This document shows, piece after piece, positions 1-8,237 of a stretch of 64,000 bases of DNA. Source of the DNA: Microgenomates group bacterium (GTDB lineage Bacteria; Patescibacteriota; Microgenomatia; UBA1400; MFAQ01). The stretch spans positions 11,264 through 75,263 of the forward strand of contig JBAQNH010000002.1 of NCBI GenBank assembly GCA_049303575.1. The letters are read 5' to 3'. The translations under genes were made by a program, and so were the position numbers. The notes below the pieces were generated by a model, which ran no database searches, had not been told where the DNA came from, and saw only the letters and a program-made list of their open reading frames with translations. Each line of letters starts with the position of its first letter. Position 1 is the stretch's first letter.

Positions 1-702
1 CCTGTGAATATGACCGCTCATATATCCGTCGGACCTACTCGACTCGGATGTGGCAAAAGCCGCGTTACGTAATCCGTAAACCGTGTCAAATCTACTTTTT
101 CCTGGTGGGTTGTGCCAAATTGTTTCCGAGTGCACATAGTTATTTGGGAATTTAATATTTAGTCTCCCTCCATTTTGTAAGATTGGTATTCCAAAACCCT
201 CTGCCATCATCATCCAGGTATTTATCGTTGTCGCATCTTCTGCCCAACCGTTGTGCCCCCAATAGCCGGAAACCATCCCTAAAATCTTTCCCTTTTCCGC
301 CAAAGGGCTCAAAATTTCTTCCCTAATAAAATCTATTTGTTTATGAAAATCAATTGGCGTCCTCGCCGTATTAGTGTTCATATATTTTTCCTTTAAACCC
401 TCAACTTCATCTCCCAAAAGAATCAGTCCCGCATTATCGTTATTTAACACAAAGTCTCGCAAATGGAGGACAGATTTATGGTCGGTAGCCAAGGACCCAA
501 TATGTAAATCGGCACCGCAAACCAACATCAGTGAATCATTGTTTTTTACCCCCACGGTTACCTCTTCCCTTCCCATGTAATTTCTCTCCACTTTTTGCAG
601 TCCCTCAATCGCTTCCAAAATCAACCTTCGGCTATTTTCAGATGATGTAAATTCTGGTTTCTGACTGATAACACTAAAGGTTCTATTGTCTCTTTCCACC
701 AT
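1..702 (-). CDS. Metallophosphoesterase-like protein, partial (N-terminal part; continues beyond window start)
   Basis: Own translation of minus strand from ATG at 700-702: MVERDNRTFSVISQKPEF...LVCGADLHIGS...LLGDEVEG...SGHIHR, no stop before position 1. GDxHG / GDxxD / GHxH-like spacing is typical of calcineurin-like phosphoesterases. Not in ORF track because no stop inside the window. Confidence 0.45.
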   Translation of the reverse strand, partial: MVERDNRTFSVISQKPEFTSSENSRRLILEAIEGLQKVERNYMGREEVTVGVKNNDSLMLVCGADLHIGSLATDHKSVLHLRDFVLNNDNAGLILLGDEVEGLKEKYMNTNTARTPIDFHKQIDFIREEILSPLAEKGKILGMVSGYWGHNGWAEDATTINTWMMMAEGFGIPILQNGGRLNIKFPNNYVHSETIWHNPPGKSRFDTVYGLRNAAFATSESSRSDGYMSGHIHR

Positions 703-802
703 TTATTTTTTACAGTAAATTATTTCTAATTATCCTCATCGTATCGTTCAAAATTAAAGAAAACAACGGGCAAATTTTGCGGAAAAAAAGACAAAAACAG
801 CC

Positions 803-1807
803 TCAAATATTCGCTGTATCAAGAAATTCTCTTACTATTTCCTCTACTTCATCAGCACTATTACTGACGACCAACTTTCGACGTAGTCCACCTGCCCCCT
901 CAAACCCGTGTGCATACCAAGTCAAATGTTTTCTCATAATCTCAAATTTATTCTCCGGCAGATTTTTTTCAAACTCTCTGGCGTGTTCCACCGCCACTCC
1001 AAGAACTTCCTTCAAACTAGGTTCATATCCGTTCTTTAGCAAAGCCCAAGGATTTCCAATTGCTTTTCTGCCCACAAGGACTCCATCGAAATTCCCCGTT
1101 AAATCTATTATTTTTTCATTCGTCAGCCGGATTTTATTCCCCGGCAGAATTTTTTCCACATCTCCATTCGCCAAAAACAACGCTCCACTCTCTTTGATTA
1201 TTTTTGAGGCTTCCTTTAGAACTTCCCAGTCCGCTTCTCCGGAGTAAAGTTGCTTAAAAGTTCTACCGTGCATGGCCACCACCGGAAGTTCTTCTCTGGC
1301 CAAAGCCTCCCACCACTCTTTGTCTGGGCTACTACTTCCGATTCTTGTCTTGATACTGACAGGGATTTCTTTTTCCGACTCGGCTACCCCCTTTCTTACC
1401 GCCTCAATCACTCTGTGTGTCAATCCTTTGTCTCTCATCAATCCGGCTCCACCTCCTCGTTTTTCCAAACCAGGAGAGGGGCAGCCCATGTTGATGTCAA
1501 CTCCGTCAAAACCCATCTTGGCAACTATCTTGGTCGCCTCATAAAATGAGTCAGGGTCACTTCCAAATAGCTGCGCCACCACCGGTCTTTCACTCTCATC
1601 AAATCTCAGCTCATTCCATATTTTGTGTTTCAACTCTCCCCGCTTTTCAATTCTCCACAAACCATCTGTACTTACAAACTCGGTATAAATTACGTCGGGT
1701 TGACCATATTTCTTGGCAATAAATCTCATCGGTGCGTCAGTTACTCCGTCCATTGGTGACAGACCTACGATCGGTAATGGTAATTTTTTCCAGAATCCTT
1801 TACTCAC
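803..1807 (-). CDS. dus: tRNA-dihydrouridine synthase (Dus family, FMN TIM-barrel)
   Basis: 334 aa; N-terminus IVGLSPMDGVTDAPMRF and overall pattern typical of DusA/B/C. Confidence 0.8.
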   Translation of the reverse strand: MSKGFWKKLPLPIVGLSPMDGVTDAPMRFIAKKYGQPDVIYTEFVSTDGLWRIEKRGELKHKIWNELRFDESERPVVAQLFGSDPDSFYEATKIVAKMGFDGVDINMGCPSPGLEKRGGGAGLMRDKGLTHRVIEAVRKGVAESEKEIPVSIKTRIGSSSPDKEWWEALAREELPVVAMHGRTFKQLYSGEADWEVLKEASKIIKESGALFLANGDVEKILPGNKIRLTNEKIIDLTGNFDGVLVGRKAIGNPWALLKNGYEPSLKEVLGVAVEHAREFEKNLPENKFEIMRKHLTWYAHGFEGAGGLRRKLVVSNSADEVEEIVREFLDTANI

Positions 1808-1986
1808 ACCTTATTTTCTCACACTCTCCCTCCCAGAACTTCAGCTGGATCAGTTTCAATTCCAAACTCGTCAAGTATCCTCTTTATCCGTGCCAACTCC
1901 TCCTCTTCTCTTGATGGACTCTCTATCTCCACCTCTCCATTGTCTATTTCTTCTTCCTCAGAAAATAATATTTCTTTCGTCATAAT

Positions 1987-2568
1987 TTATTTAACCTCAC
2001 TGGCCATTTCTAGCCTCTGTTGGTACTTCATCCTCCACCCGTCATCAGCAAAATATGCCTTTAATAAATCCATTTTTATTACCTGTTCGTTTACCAAGAC
2101 TCCCTTTTCGCACCCAATAGGGTTTCCTTCTGGAACACCCTCGTCCTGACTTCTAATCATCTTTATCAAATCACTTGCCATAAACTTTGGTGTATTCTCA
2201 CACCCCACCCATAACCAAACTAGATCACGTTCGCCGCCATCTTTACTCTTTCTGTCATACTCTAGCCAAATATTCCGTCCATCCAAAATGCTGTTTAGGT
2301 ATTGCTTTGCTAGCAAATCACTTTCGCCGCCCTTTTCTGTCATACTCACCCCCAACAAACCCACCATTTTTCCACCATCAAAAATCACCGTTTCTCCATC
2401 TATTACACGATTGACATGATAGGTTTTCTCAGACTGACGAATCACCAAAAAAAGCCCTGACAAAACAATAATAAAGACCACAAGTAACATCAAAAGAAAC
2501 TGTCTCGATTTCAATTTTTTGTTTTTTTCTTTCACCCTTGTTTTTCTCTCCACAACTCCATCATACAT
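1987..2568 (-). CDS. Thermonuclease (staphylococcal nuclease-like) with N-terminal TM anchor
   Basis: 193 aa; hydrophobic N-terminal helix followed by HVNRVIDGETVIF...GGE(R)D motifs characteristic of SNase fold. Confidence 0.6.
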   Translation of the reverse strand: MYDGVVERKTRVKEKNKKLKSRQFLLMLLVVFIIVLSGLFLVIRQSEKTYHVNRVIDGETVIFDGGKMVGLLGVSMTEKGGESDLLAKQYLNSILDGRNIWLEYDRKSKDGGERDLVWLWVGCENTPKFMASDLIKMIRSQDEGVPEGNPIGCEKGVLVNEQVIKMDLLKAYFADDGWRMKYQQRLEMASEVK

Positions 2569-2852
2569 TAGTCAAAAAGAGCCTTCATCACCACACTAAA
2601 AGGTACCTGTGCATTATTTTCGTCCACCAAAATAAACCCTGTCTGTCTCGGATTTAAACTCATCTCCACCTTTATCCCCTGCTCACGCATTCTGATATCC
2701 AGTTTTTCCAAAGTTTCAAGATAGTCATCCAACTCTCCCATTATTACTCCTGCTCCTCCCTCGGGTGTTTCAAAAACATCCACCCACCTCCAGTCTTCTA
2801 CTCCTCCTGAATTTCTTCTGAGGTAGTTTGTTCTTTCTCTTAGCTGTGCCAC
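2568..2852 (-). CDS. Hypothetical protein (94 aa)
   Basis: ORF abutting the downstream nuclease start (overlap 1 nt), same strand; no recognisable motif. Confidence 0.35.
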   Translation of the reverse strand: MAQLRERTNYLRRNSGGVEDWRWVDVFETPEGGAGVIMGELDDYLETLEKLDIRMREQGIKVEMSLNPRQTGFILVDENNAQVPFSVVMKALFD

Positions 2853-2898
2853 ACTCTCAATATACCAAAAATCCCACCATCGCGGCGGGACTTAATTG

Positions 2899-2972
2899 TG
2901 GGCGCTCATGGGGTCGAACCATGCACCTCGGTCTTATCAGGACCGCGCTCTAACCAGATGAGCTAAGCGCCC
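2899..2972 (-). tRNA. tRNA-Ile (anticodon GAU)
   Basis: Reverse complement folds as canonical cloverleaf GGGCGCU-UA-GCUC-AUCUGGUUA-GAGC-G-CGGUC-CUGAUAA-GACCG-AGGUG-CAUGG-UUCGACC-CCAUG-AGCGCCC-A; anticodon loop CUGAUAA. Confidence 0.9.
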
Positions 2973-3060
2973 TTAACAAGGACATATTTTACCATAAACA
3001 AACTTAAACAAGCACAAAAAGACTGGGTTTCCCCAGTCTTATAAACTTCTCCCATTCAAA

Positions 3061-3360
3061 CTAAATGCCGGAAAGCAAGGCCATCAAACCGACCATCAAT
3101 ATTACAAGTGCAAAAAGGGCCGTTGTATAACCCAACATCTTCACACAGCCCAACCAAAAAGGACCATCAGTAAACAGAAGGTTCAGACAAAATGGTAGCG
3201 CCAGGTAGGACACAGAGAACAAACCAATTGCCAACGGTAAATTGTTTACTTCCGTCCCCGTGGCAAACATACTTCCCAGACTTACAATAACAAGCGCTAG
3301 GATGACACAAACTGGTATTATCACGAACAACTTCAACCACTCAGGCATCGTTTCCTCCAA
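3061..3360 (-). CDS. Small hydrophobic membrane protein (99 aa, ~3 TM)
   Basis: ORF between 16S 3' end and tRNA-Ile on same strand; strongly hydrophobic segments (FVIIPVCVILALVIVSLG..., LFALVILMVGLMALLSGI). Confidence 0.4.
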   Translation of the reverse strand: MEETMPEWLKLFVIIPVCVILALVIVSLGSMFATGTEVNNLPLAIGLFSVSYLALPFCLNLLFTDGPFWLGCVKMLGYTTALFALVILMVGLMALLSGI

Positions 3361-3440
3361 TCAAAATTTCAAACTACAAACCAACCAATAGCAGCATTAT
3401 ACCATTAATATAGGCCTAAGTCAACCTTTTCCTAGCAAAA

Positions 3441-3470
3441 AACGCCACCAAAAACCCGCCTTACGCGGGT
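3441..3470 (-). terminator. Hairpin (CCCGC-loop-GCGGG) followed by U-run on minus strand; terminator or processing stem downstream of 16S
   Basis: plus-strand aaaaacgccaccaaaaaCCCGCcttacGCGGGt; reverse complement gives stem + UUUUU. Confidence 0.3.
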
Positions 3471-3650
3471 CTTCCGTGCTCAAAGTGAAGCAGACTATTT
3501 TATCAACTGAAAAGCGGCAAAGAGTCAAGGTTAGATTTGTTTAGACACTCTCCAACCAATAGTGTGGCGATATTATCATCGGACTCGTGAAGTCCTTAAC
3601 TCCTAGAAAGGAGGTGATCCATCCGCACCTTCCAGTACGGATACCTTGTT

Positions 3651-3890
3651 CATGTTAATCCAACGTATTTCTACGGGCATGGACTATATCTTCATCCTTT
3701 TTCTAATATAAAAAAGGAGCTCGCGTGTAGTCTCTACGGAGTCCCTTTCCCGATGTCTCGGAATTGGGTTCCCTCGGTATTACCATATATCCAGCACACT
3801 CAAAAGTATACCGAATAGTTAGGCTTCACCGATACAGCAAGATTTTTAATAGAAATTACTCTCTATAGTCGCAACGTGCAGTATGCACAA
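3651..3890 (-). other. Group I intron, ORF-less (240 nt), inserted between GUCGU and AACAAGG near the 16S 3' end (equivalent to E. coli ~1506 site)
   Basis: Exon sequence GGGGCUAAGUCGU | AACAAGGUAUCCGUAC is split. The insert contains group I core elements (..CCGUAGAGACUA.. R-like, ..GAUAUAGUCC.. S-like), 5' exon ends in U and intron ends in G. Homologous to the other three rRNA introns and to 61616-61800. Confidence 0.7.
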
Positions 3891-3919
3891 ACGACTTAGC
3901 CCCCATCGCCAGTCTTACC

Positions 3920-4534
3920 TTAGGAGGCCCGATCCTTGCGGTTGCGGGTACCTACTTCGGGCACTACTGACTTTGTTGACTTGACGGGCAGTGTTCCGGG
4001 ATAACTATGCAGATCACTCTGCAAACTTCCCTCTCGCCGAGCACGCGGATTTCCCGCACCCTGGCGAATGCCTGATCTTGATGAATATTTATTCATCCGC
4101 TCTCTGATAACTCTTAATTGTTTAATTCCCTCGTGAGTAAGGTGTTTTTTCTCTTTAAATATCTCGCCAGCTTGGCAAAATAGTTCAAAAGAATACTTCT
4201 TTTTACCCAATAAAGGATATTGGTGGAAAAAAGGAATTATTTTTTCAAATATATCCTTCATTCCACTAATTTTCAGTTTTGCGTGTGGAGCCCATCCATA
4301 TCTTTCGTAGTTCAGGTCATAGACCTTTCCACAATTAAGATAAATGGCGATTGCTTCCAAAATCTCCCTGTCATCTCCCCTCAGCTCTATTTCAAAATTA
4401 AGCCTTGGATCAAGTCCAGTTTTAGTAGTTTTATGTCTACTAATTGATATCGAAAAACAACCTTCTCCATCTACAAAACCTGCAATATAGTCACCAGATA
4501 ACTTCATAATCAGGTTCGGTCCTTCCTCCGCCAT
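3920..4534 (-). CDS. LAGLIDADG homing endonuclease (single-motif type) encoded in 16S intron; ORF reads through into the downstream exon
   Basis: 204 aa; motif DYIAGFVDGEGCF near N-terminus. The ORF extends about 70 nt past the predicted 3' splice site. Confidence 0.7.
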   Translation of the reverse strand: MAEEGPNLIMKLSGDYIAGFVDGEGCFSISISRHKTTKTGLDPRLNFEIELRGDDREILEAIAIYLNCGKVYDLNYERYGWAPHAKLKISGMKDIFEKIIPFFHQYPLLGKKKYSFELFCQAGEIFKEKKHLTHEGIKQLRVIRERMNKYSSRSGIRQGAGNPRARREGSLQSDLHSYPGTLPVKSTKSVVPEVGTRNRKDRAS

Positions 4535-4898
4535 AGCGGAGTACTACGACCTCTGCAGACTTCTAATTTCTAATCGATAGGCGGTCACCCACTCTATCTA
4601 CTTTCATTAAACACGAAGTTTAACCGAAAGTCAAAACTAGATCTCCCTTCGTACTAATAGTTTCATTTTGTTTTCATCATGAGCCCAAATATTTTGTGTA
4701 ACTTTGTTTGTAAGTGTCTTCTCCATCTGTACGTAGGATCGACATTACACAAAACCGACTCGACTTCATGCTGAAAACTGCTACTTTAACCCTTCAGCAT
4801 TATCGTCACCGATTAATGCTTGTTATTTCGCTTCGCAATACTTACATTGCCGGAGGATTTTCACCTCCTAGAAAAAACTAGCGGAAGGCGCATATTAT
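3994..4898 (-). other. Group I intron with LAGLIDADG ORF, inserted in the 16S 1390-1400 region (UUGUACA | ..ACACUGCCCGUC); boundaries +/- 3 nt
   Basis: Conserved 16S sequence GAAUACGUUCUCGUUUCUUGUACA at 4899-4925 (rc) and ACACUGCCCGUCAAG at ~3975-3993 (rc) are separated by ~905 nt. Confidence 0.65.
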
Positions 4899-5201
4899 TT
4901 GTACAAGAAACGAGAACGTATTCACCGCGGTGTTGCTGATCCGCGATTACTATCAACTCCCTTTCATGCAGGCGAATTGCAGCCTGCAATCCAAACTGAG
5001 GATGGGTTTATAAGGATTAGCTCCGGCTCGCGCCTTGGCATCCCGTTGTCCCACCCATTACGCCATGTGTGTAGCCCTAGATATAAGCGCCATGCTGATT
5101 TGACGTCATCCCCTCCTTCCTCCTTGGAAAAATCCAAGGCAGTCTGCTATGGATATTTAACATAGCACAGGGGTTGCGTTCGTTACGGCACTTAAGCCGA
5201 C

Positions 5202-6065
5202 GCCTCCAAAAATATTTGAAAATTACTTCAAACGTAGACTATACCTTCACCCTTCGCTTTCGCGTTAGGGGCCGACGTGTTATGGAAATAGATTACTCTA
5301 CCCATCTTCATCCTGTCTAAACAGGAATCTAGTCGTTACGGGGTCAAGACCTTTATATTTCATACATTCTGGCATATATTTGAAGATTAAATTGAAAAAT
5401 TGATTTACCGAATTACTTCTAATTCTTAGTCTCTTTTTCTTTTCGTTCAACAAACAGTCCAATTTGAACTTATTTTTCAATAAAGAAATAACTTCGTTCA
5501 AATCTTCCAGTCGATAACTTTCGGTCGCTATTGTCGGATATTTATGCTTTTCAAAATGACCATCATCCATATACCAAACTGCCAAAGAAAGAGGGGTAAA
5601 CCACTTCTTTAGTGTCTGAATAGGAATGGTCTTCACACCATCAGGATAAAATAACCGTCTGAATTCTCGAAAATACTGTCTCAAAAAAAATCTTTTACTT
5701 TCTGAAACTACTCCGTTTCGTCTATCAAGACGTAAAACGGAAGCAATTTTTGGATAAGCTAATCTCTTTAATAAGCCGTATTTCCAATTCAAATAGCCAC
5801 TTTGTTTGTTTGATTGTTCAAAACAAATCTTTCCTAATGGGTAAACATAAGCATCTCCCAAAATGGAACCAATTATTATCGACAATTCATCATGCGAAAG
5901 AGATAAATGAATATTCCTTCGTATTAGAATTTGCCGAATGTCAGTCTGACTTCCCTCGGTATTACCCATTTGAATCCATTTAACCCGAAGTTAAACCGAA
6001 TGTCAACAGGGCTTCACCGATATGAGTCGGATTTCTCATTCCCGATTACTCGAGAAGGTCGCGAT
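5202..6065 (-). other. Group I intron with LAGLIDADG ORF, inserted in the 16S ~1075 region (GUGUCGUGAGCU | UCGGCUUAAGUGCCG); boundaries +/- 3 nt
   Basis: 16S blocks CUGCAUGGUUGUCGUCAGUUCGUGUCGUGAG (rc of 6066-6100) and GGCUUAAGUGCCGUAACGAACGCAACCC (rc of ~5170-5200) are separated by ~860 nt. The intron start shares the ..UAUCGGUGAAG.. and ..ACCGAGGGAAG.. blocks with the other introns. Confidence 0.65.
5298..5969 (-). CDS. LAGLIDADG homing endonuclease (double-motif) in 16S intron
   Basis: 223 aa; motifs LSIIIGSILGDAYV and LAVWYMDDGH. ORF start lies inside the conserved intron block ..GGUAAUACCGAGGGAAG... Confidence 0.75.
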   Translation of the reverse strand: MGNTEGSQTDIRQILIRRNIHLSLSHDELSIIIGSILGDAYVYPLGKICFEQSNKQSGYLNWKYGLLKRLAYPKIASVLRLDRRNGVVSESKRFFLRQYFREFRRLFYPDGVKTIPIQTLKKWFTPLSLAVWYMDDGHFEKHKYPTIATESYRLEDLNEVISLLKNKFKLDCLLNEKKKRLRIRSNSVNQFFNLIFKYMPECMKYKGLDPVTTRFLFRQDEDG

Positions 6066-6355
6066 AGCTCACGACACGAACTGACGACAACCATGCAGCA
6101 GCTGTGTAACACCCTCGAAGGAGTCCCTGTTTCCAGGGATTTGCAGTTACATGTCAAATCTAGGTAAGGTTCAAGGTTTCGTATCCAATTAAACCACATG
6201 GCACGCTGATTGTGCGTTTCCCCGTCAATTCCTTTGAGTTTTAACCTTGCGGTCGTACTCCCCAGGCGGAACACTTAACGCGTTAGCTTACGCCACTCCC
6301 CTTGCGGGAAATAGCTAGTGTTCATAGTTTACGGCTAGGACTACAGGGGTCTCTA

Positions 6356-7236
6356 CATAACTGTTACTTCTTCCACAAAAGTGGAATACTAACCTCGATT
6401 TTCATCAAGGCGGCTAATCGTTTCTGATTAACTCTGTACATTACTGCACAGATCGGACTGTATCATGCTCCGATTTTCATCGGAGTCCGGCGTACAGTCT
6501 CTACGGGGTTTTTCTCTATATGGAATAAATTTATATTCAAACTCAGGCAAGATATACTCGCCCAACTTACTTTTTAATTCGTGCAAAGTTCTAAAGGGAA
6601 AATAAATAATATATTTTCCTTTGTTAATTCGCTTCGATGCCTGAATCCCGATGTTTTTCTTAATGGCTTTGATAAGTAAACTTACCTCTGCTTCAGAAAA
6701 ACTGTGAGTTTGGATTGATAAACCGGCATATTCTGCCGAGCCATCATCCATAATCCAGACAGCAAGTACCAAAGGATCAATTGCAGATGCTATCAATGAG
6801 ATAACAACTTTCTTGTGGTTTTTATAAAACAACTGATAATAATGGGTAAAAATAGGATGAGTTAAAGTCACAAACTCGGCAAAGTTGTAGTCTTTTATGC
6901 CGACTTTCTGAGAAAACTTTCTTATTTTCATTGAAATAATTGGTTCAAAAATACGCCATTTGTAATTTACCAAACTTAGCTGTTTAAGGCTATGTTTAAT
7001 ATGCAAACGACAATTCTTTCCCCGAAATCTCAAACCACCATCACCCAACATTGTTCCAATCAAAACGCTCCTTTGAGTTTTAGTTAAACAAAATTCATTC
7101 TTTTTATAGTTAAAAACTTCCCTCGGTGTTTTCCTCACTTATTCAGTATACCCGAAAGTAAACCGAAACCACAAGGACTTTCACCGATATAGCCGATTCT
7201 TTAATTACGCATTACTACGTAATGGGACTAGTCAAA
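6356..7236 (-). other. Group I intron with LAGLIDADG ORF, inserted at 16S ~788 (GGGAU | UAGAGACCCCUGUAGUCC)
   Basis: Exon ...ACGAAAGCUAGGGGAGCGAAAGGGAU ends in U; P1 can form between exon GGGAU and intron GUCCC. The intron ends ...GUUAUG (G) before UAGAGACCCC. The R-like (CCGUAGAGACUGUACG) and S-like (GAUACAGUCCGA) elements are present at 6440-6500. Confidence 0.75.
6428..7138 (-). CDS. LAGLIDADG homing endonuclease (double-motif) in 16S intron; GTG start
   Basis: 236 aa; motifs SVLIGTMLGDGGL and LAVWIMDDGSAEYAGL; start codon GTG embedded in the conserved ..ACACCGAGGGAAG.. intron block. Confidence 0.75.
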   Translation of the reverse strand: MRKTPREVFNYKKNEFCLTKTQRSVLIGTMLGDGGLRFRGKNCRLHIKHSLKQLSLVNYKWRIFEPIISMKIRKFSQKVGIKDYNFAEFVTLTHPIFTHYYQLFYKNHKKVVISLIASAIDPLVLAVWIMDDGSAEYAGLSIQTHSFSEAEVSLLIKAIKKNIGIQASKRINKGKYIIYFPFRTLHELKSKLGEYILPEFEYKFIPYREKPRRDCTPDSDENRSMIQSDLCSNVQS

Positions 7237-7989
7237 ATCCCTTTCGCTCCCCTAGCTTTCGTTCATCAGCGTCTGGAATGTCCTAGTTACCTGCCTTCGC
7301 TTTTGGTATTCTTCTTGATATCAACAGATTTCACTCTTCCACCAAGAATTCTAGTAACCCCGAACATCCACAAGTCTATCAGTTTAACGGACATCTCCGG
7401 GGTTGAGCCCCGGGCTTTAACCCGTTACTTAATAGACCGCCTACGATACTCTTTACGCCCAATAAATCCGGATAATGCTTGCACTCTACGTATTACCGAG
7501 GCTTCTGGCACGTAGTTAGCAAGTGCTTTCTAATAGGGTACCATCAAAATTTTTTCCCCTATCACAGTAGTTTACGACCCGAGGGCCTTCATCCTACACG
7601 CAGTGTCACTGCATCAGACTTTCGTCCATTGTGCAAAATTCCCAGTTGCTGCCACCCGTAGGTGTATGTTCCGTGTCTAAGTAACATTGTGGGGGACCAC
7701 GCTCTCACGTCCCCTAGCCGTCATAGCCTTGGTGAGCCATTACCTCACCAACTAGCTGATAGCAAACAGGCCCATCTATCGTCGGCCGGTTAAGGCCTTT
7801 CATCTTGCGATCTTATGCGGTATTATCTCGCCTTTCGGCGAGCTATTCCCCAACAAAAGGTAGGTTCCTGTCAATCCTCACCCGTCTGCCACTGATTTGG
7901 CCTTGCGGCCTCCTCCGTTCGACTTGCATGCTTAAGGTACACTGCCAGCATTCATCCTGAACCAGGATCAAATTCTCAATTAAAATTGA

Positions 7990-8020
7990 ATTTTAAACGT
8001 CACTCTCTGCCACTTTTCAA
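7990..8020 (-). promoter_or_regulatory. Putative sigma70-type promoter of the 16S gene (-35 TTGAAA, 18-nt spacer, -10 TAAAAT) ending ~10 nt upstream of the 16S 5' end
   Basis: Reverse complement of 7990-8020 reads TTGAAAagtggcagagagtgacgtTTAAAAT immediately upstream of AGAAUUUGAUCC. Confidence 0.4.
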
Positions 8021-8237
8021 ATGACAAAAAAATAGTATCAAATATGCACCCAGTGCATATTTGGCTGCTTCACTTGTTAAAGAGCTCCGCTATTGTAACA
8101 ATCATACCTACGTTTGGCAAGTACAAACAAGAACTTCCAAAAAGGAAATTTATCACCTTCGCGAACATGAATATTTTACCATAAACCCTCATAAAAGTGC
8201 TAACCAAAATCCCTACGGCCACCACAAAATAGCAAGT

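Larger units (their letters stand above)
3606..7980 (-). rRNA. rrs: 16S rRNA gene (about 4.4 kb) interrupted by four group I introns; mature length about 1.5 kb
   Basis: Reverse complement shows the 5' end AGAAUUUGAUCCUGGUUCAGGAUGAAUGCUGGC (7945-7976) and the 3' end GGAUCACCUCCUUUCU (3606-3623). The 515-region TTACCGAGGCTTCTGGCAC, 785-region ACGAAAGCUAGGGGAGCGAAAGGGAUU, 1050-region CUGCAUGGUUGUCGUCAG and 1390-region UGCCCGUC motifs are also present. Conserved blocks are separated by long insertions. Confidence 0.92.

Noticed and set aside
777-1549. Plus-strand ORFs (777-1247, 1250-1549, 1272-1544) opposite the dus gene
   Set aside because: Low-complexity, Ser/Pro-rich translations fully overlapping a well-supported minus-strand Dus gene; antisense artefacts.
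3606-3625. AAGGAGGTGATCC on the plus strand resembling a strong Shine-Dalgarno
   Set aside because: It is the reverse complement of the 16S 3' terminus (anti-SD region), not a ribosome-binding site.
4899-7661. ORFs 4899-5165, 5750-5983, 5931-6167, 6014-6274, 7222-7515, 7479-7661 inside the 16S locus
   Set aside because: They fall in rRNA exon sequence (highly conserved 16S blocks) or antisense to the homing-endonuclease ORFs; not protein-coding.
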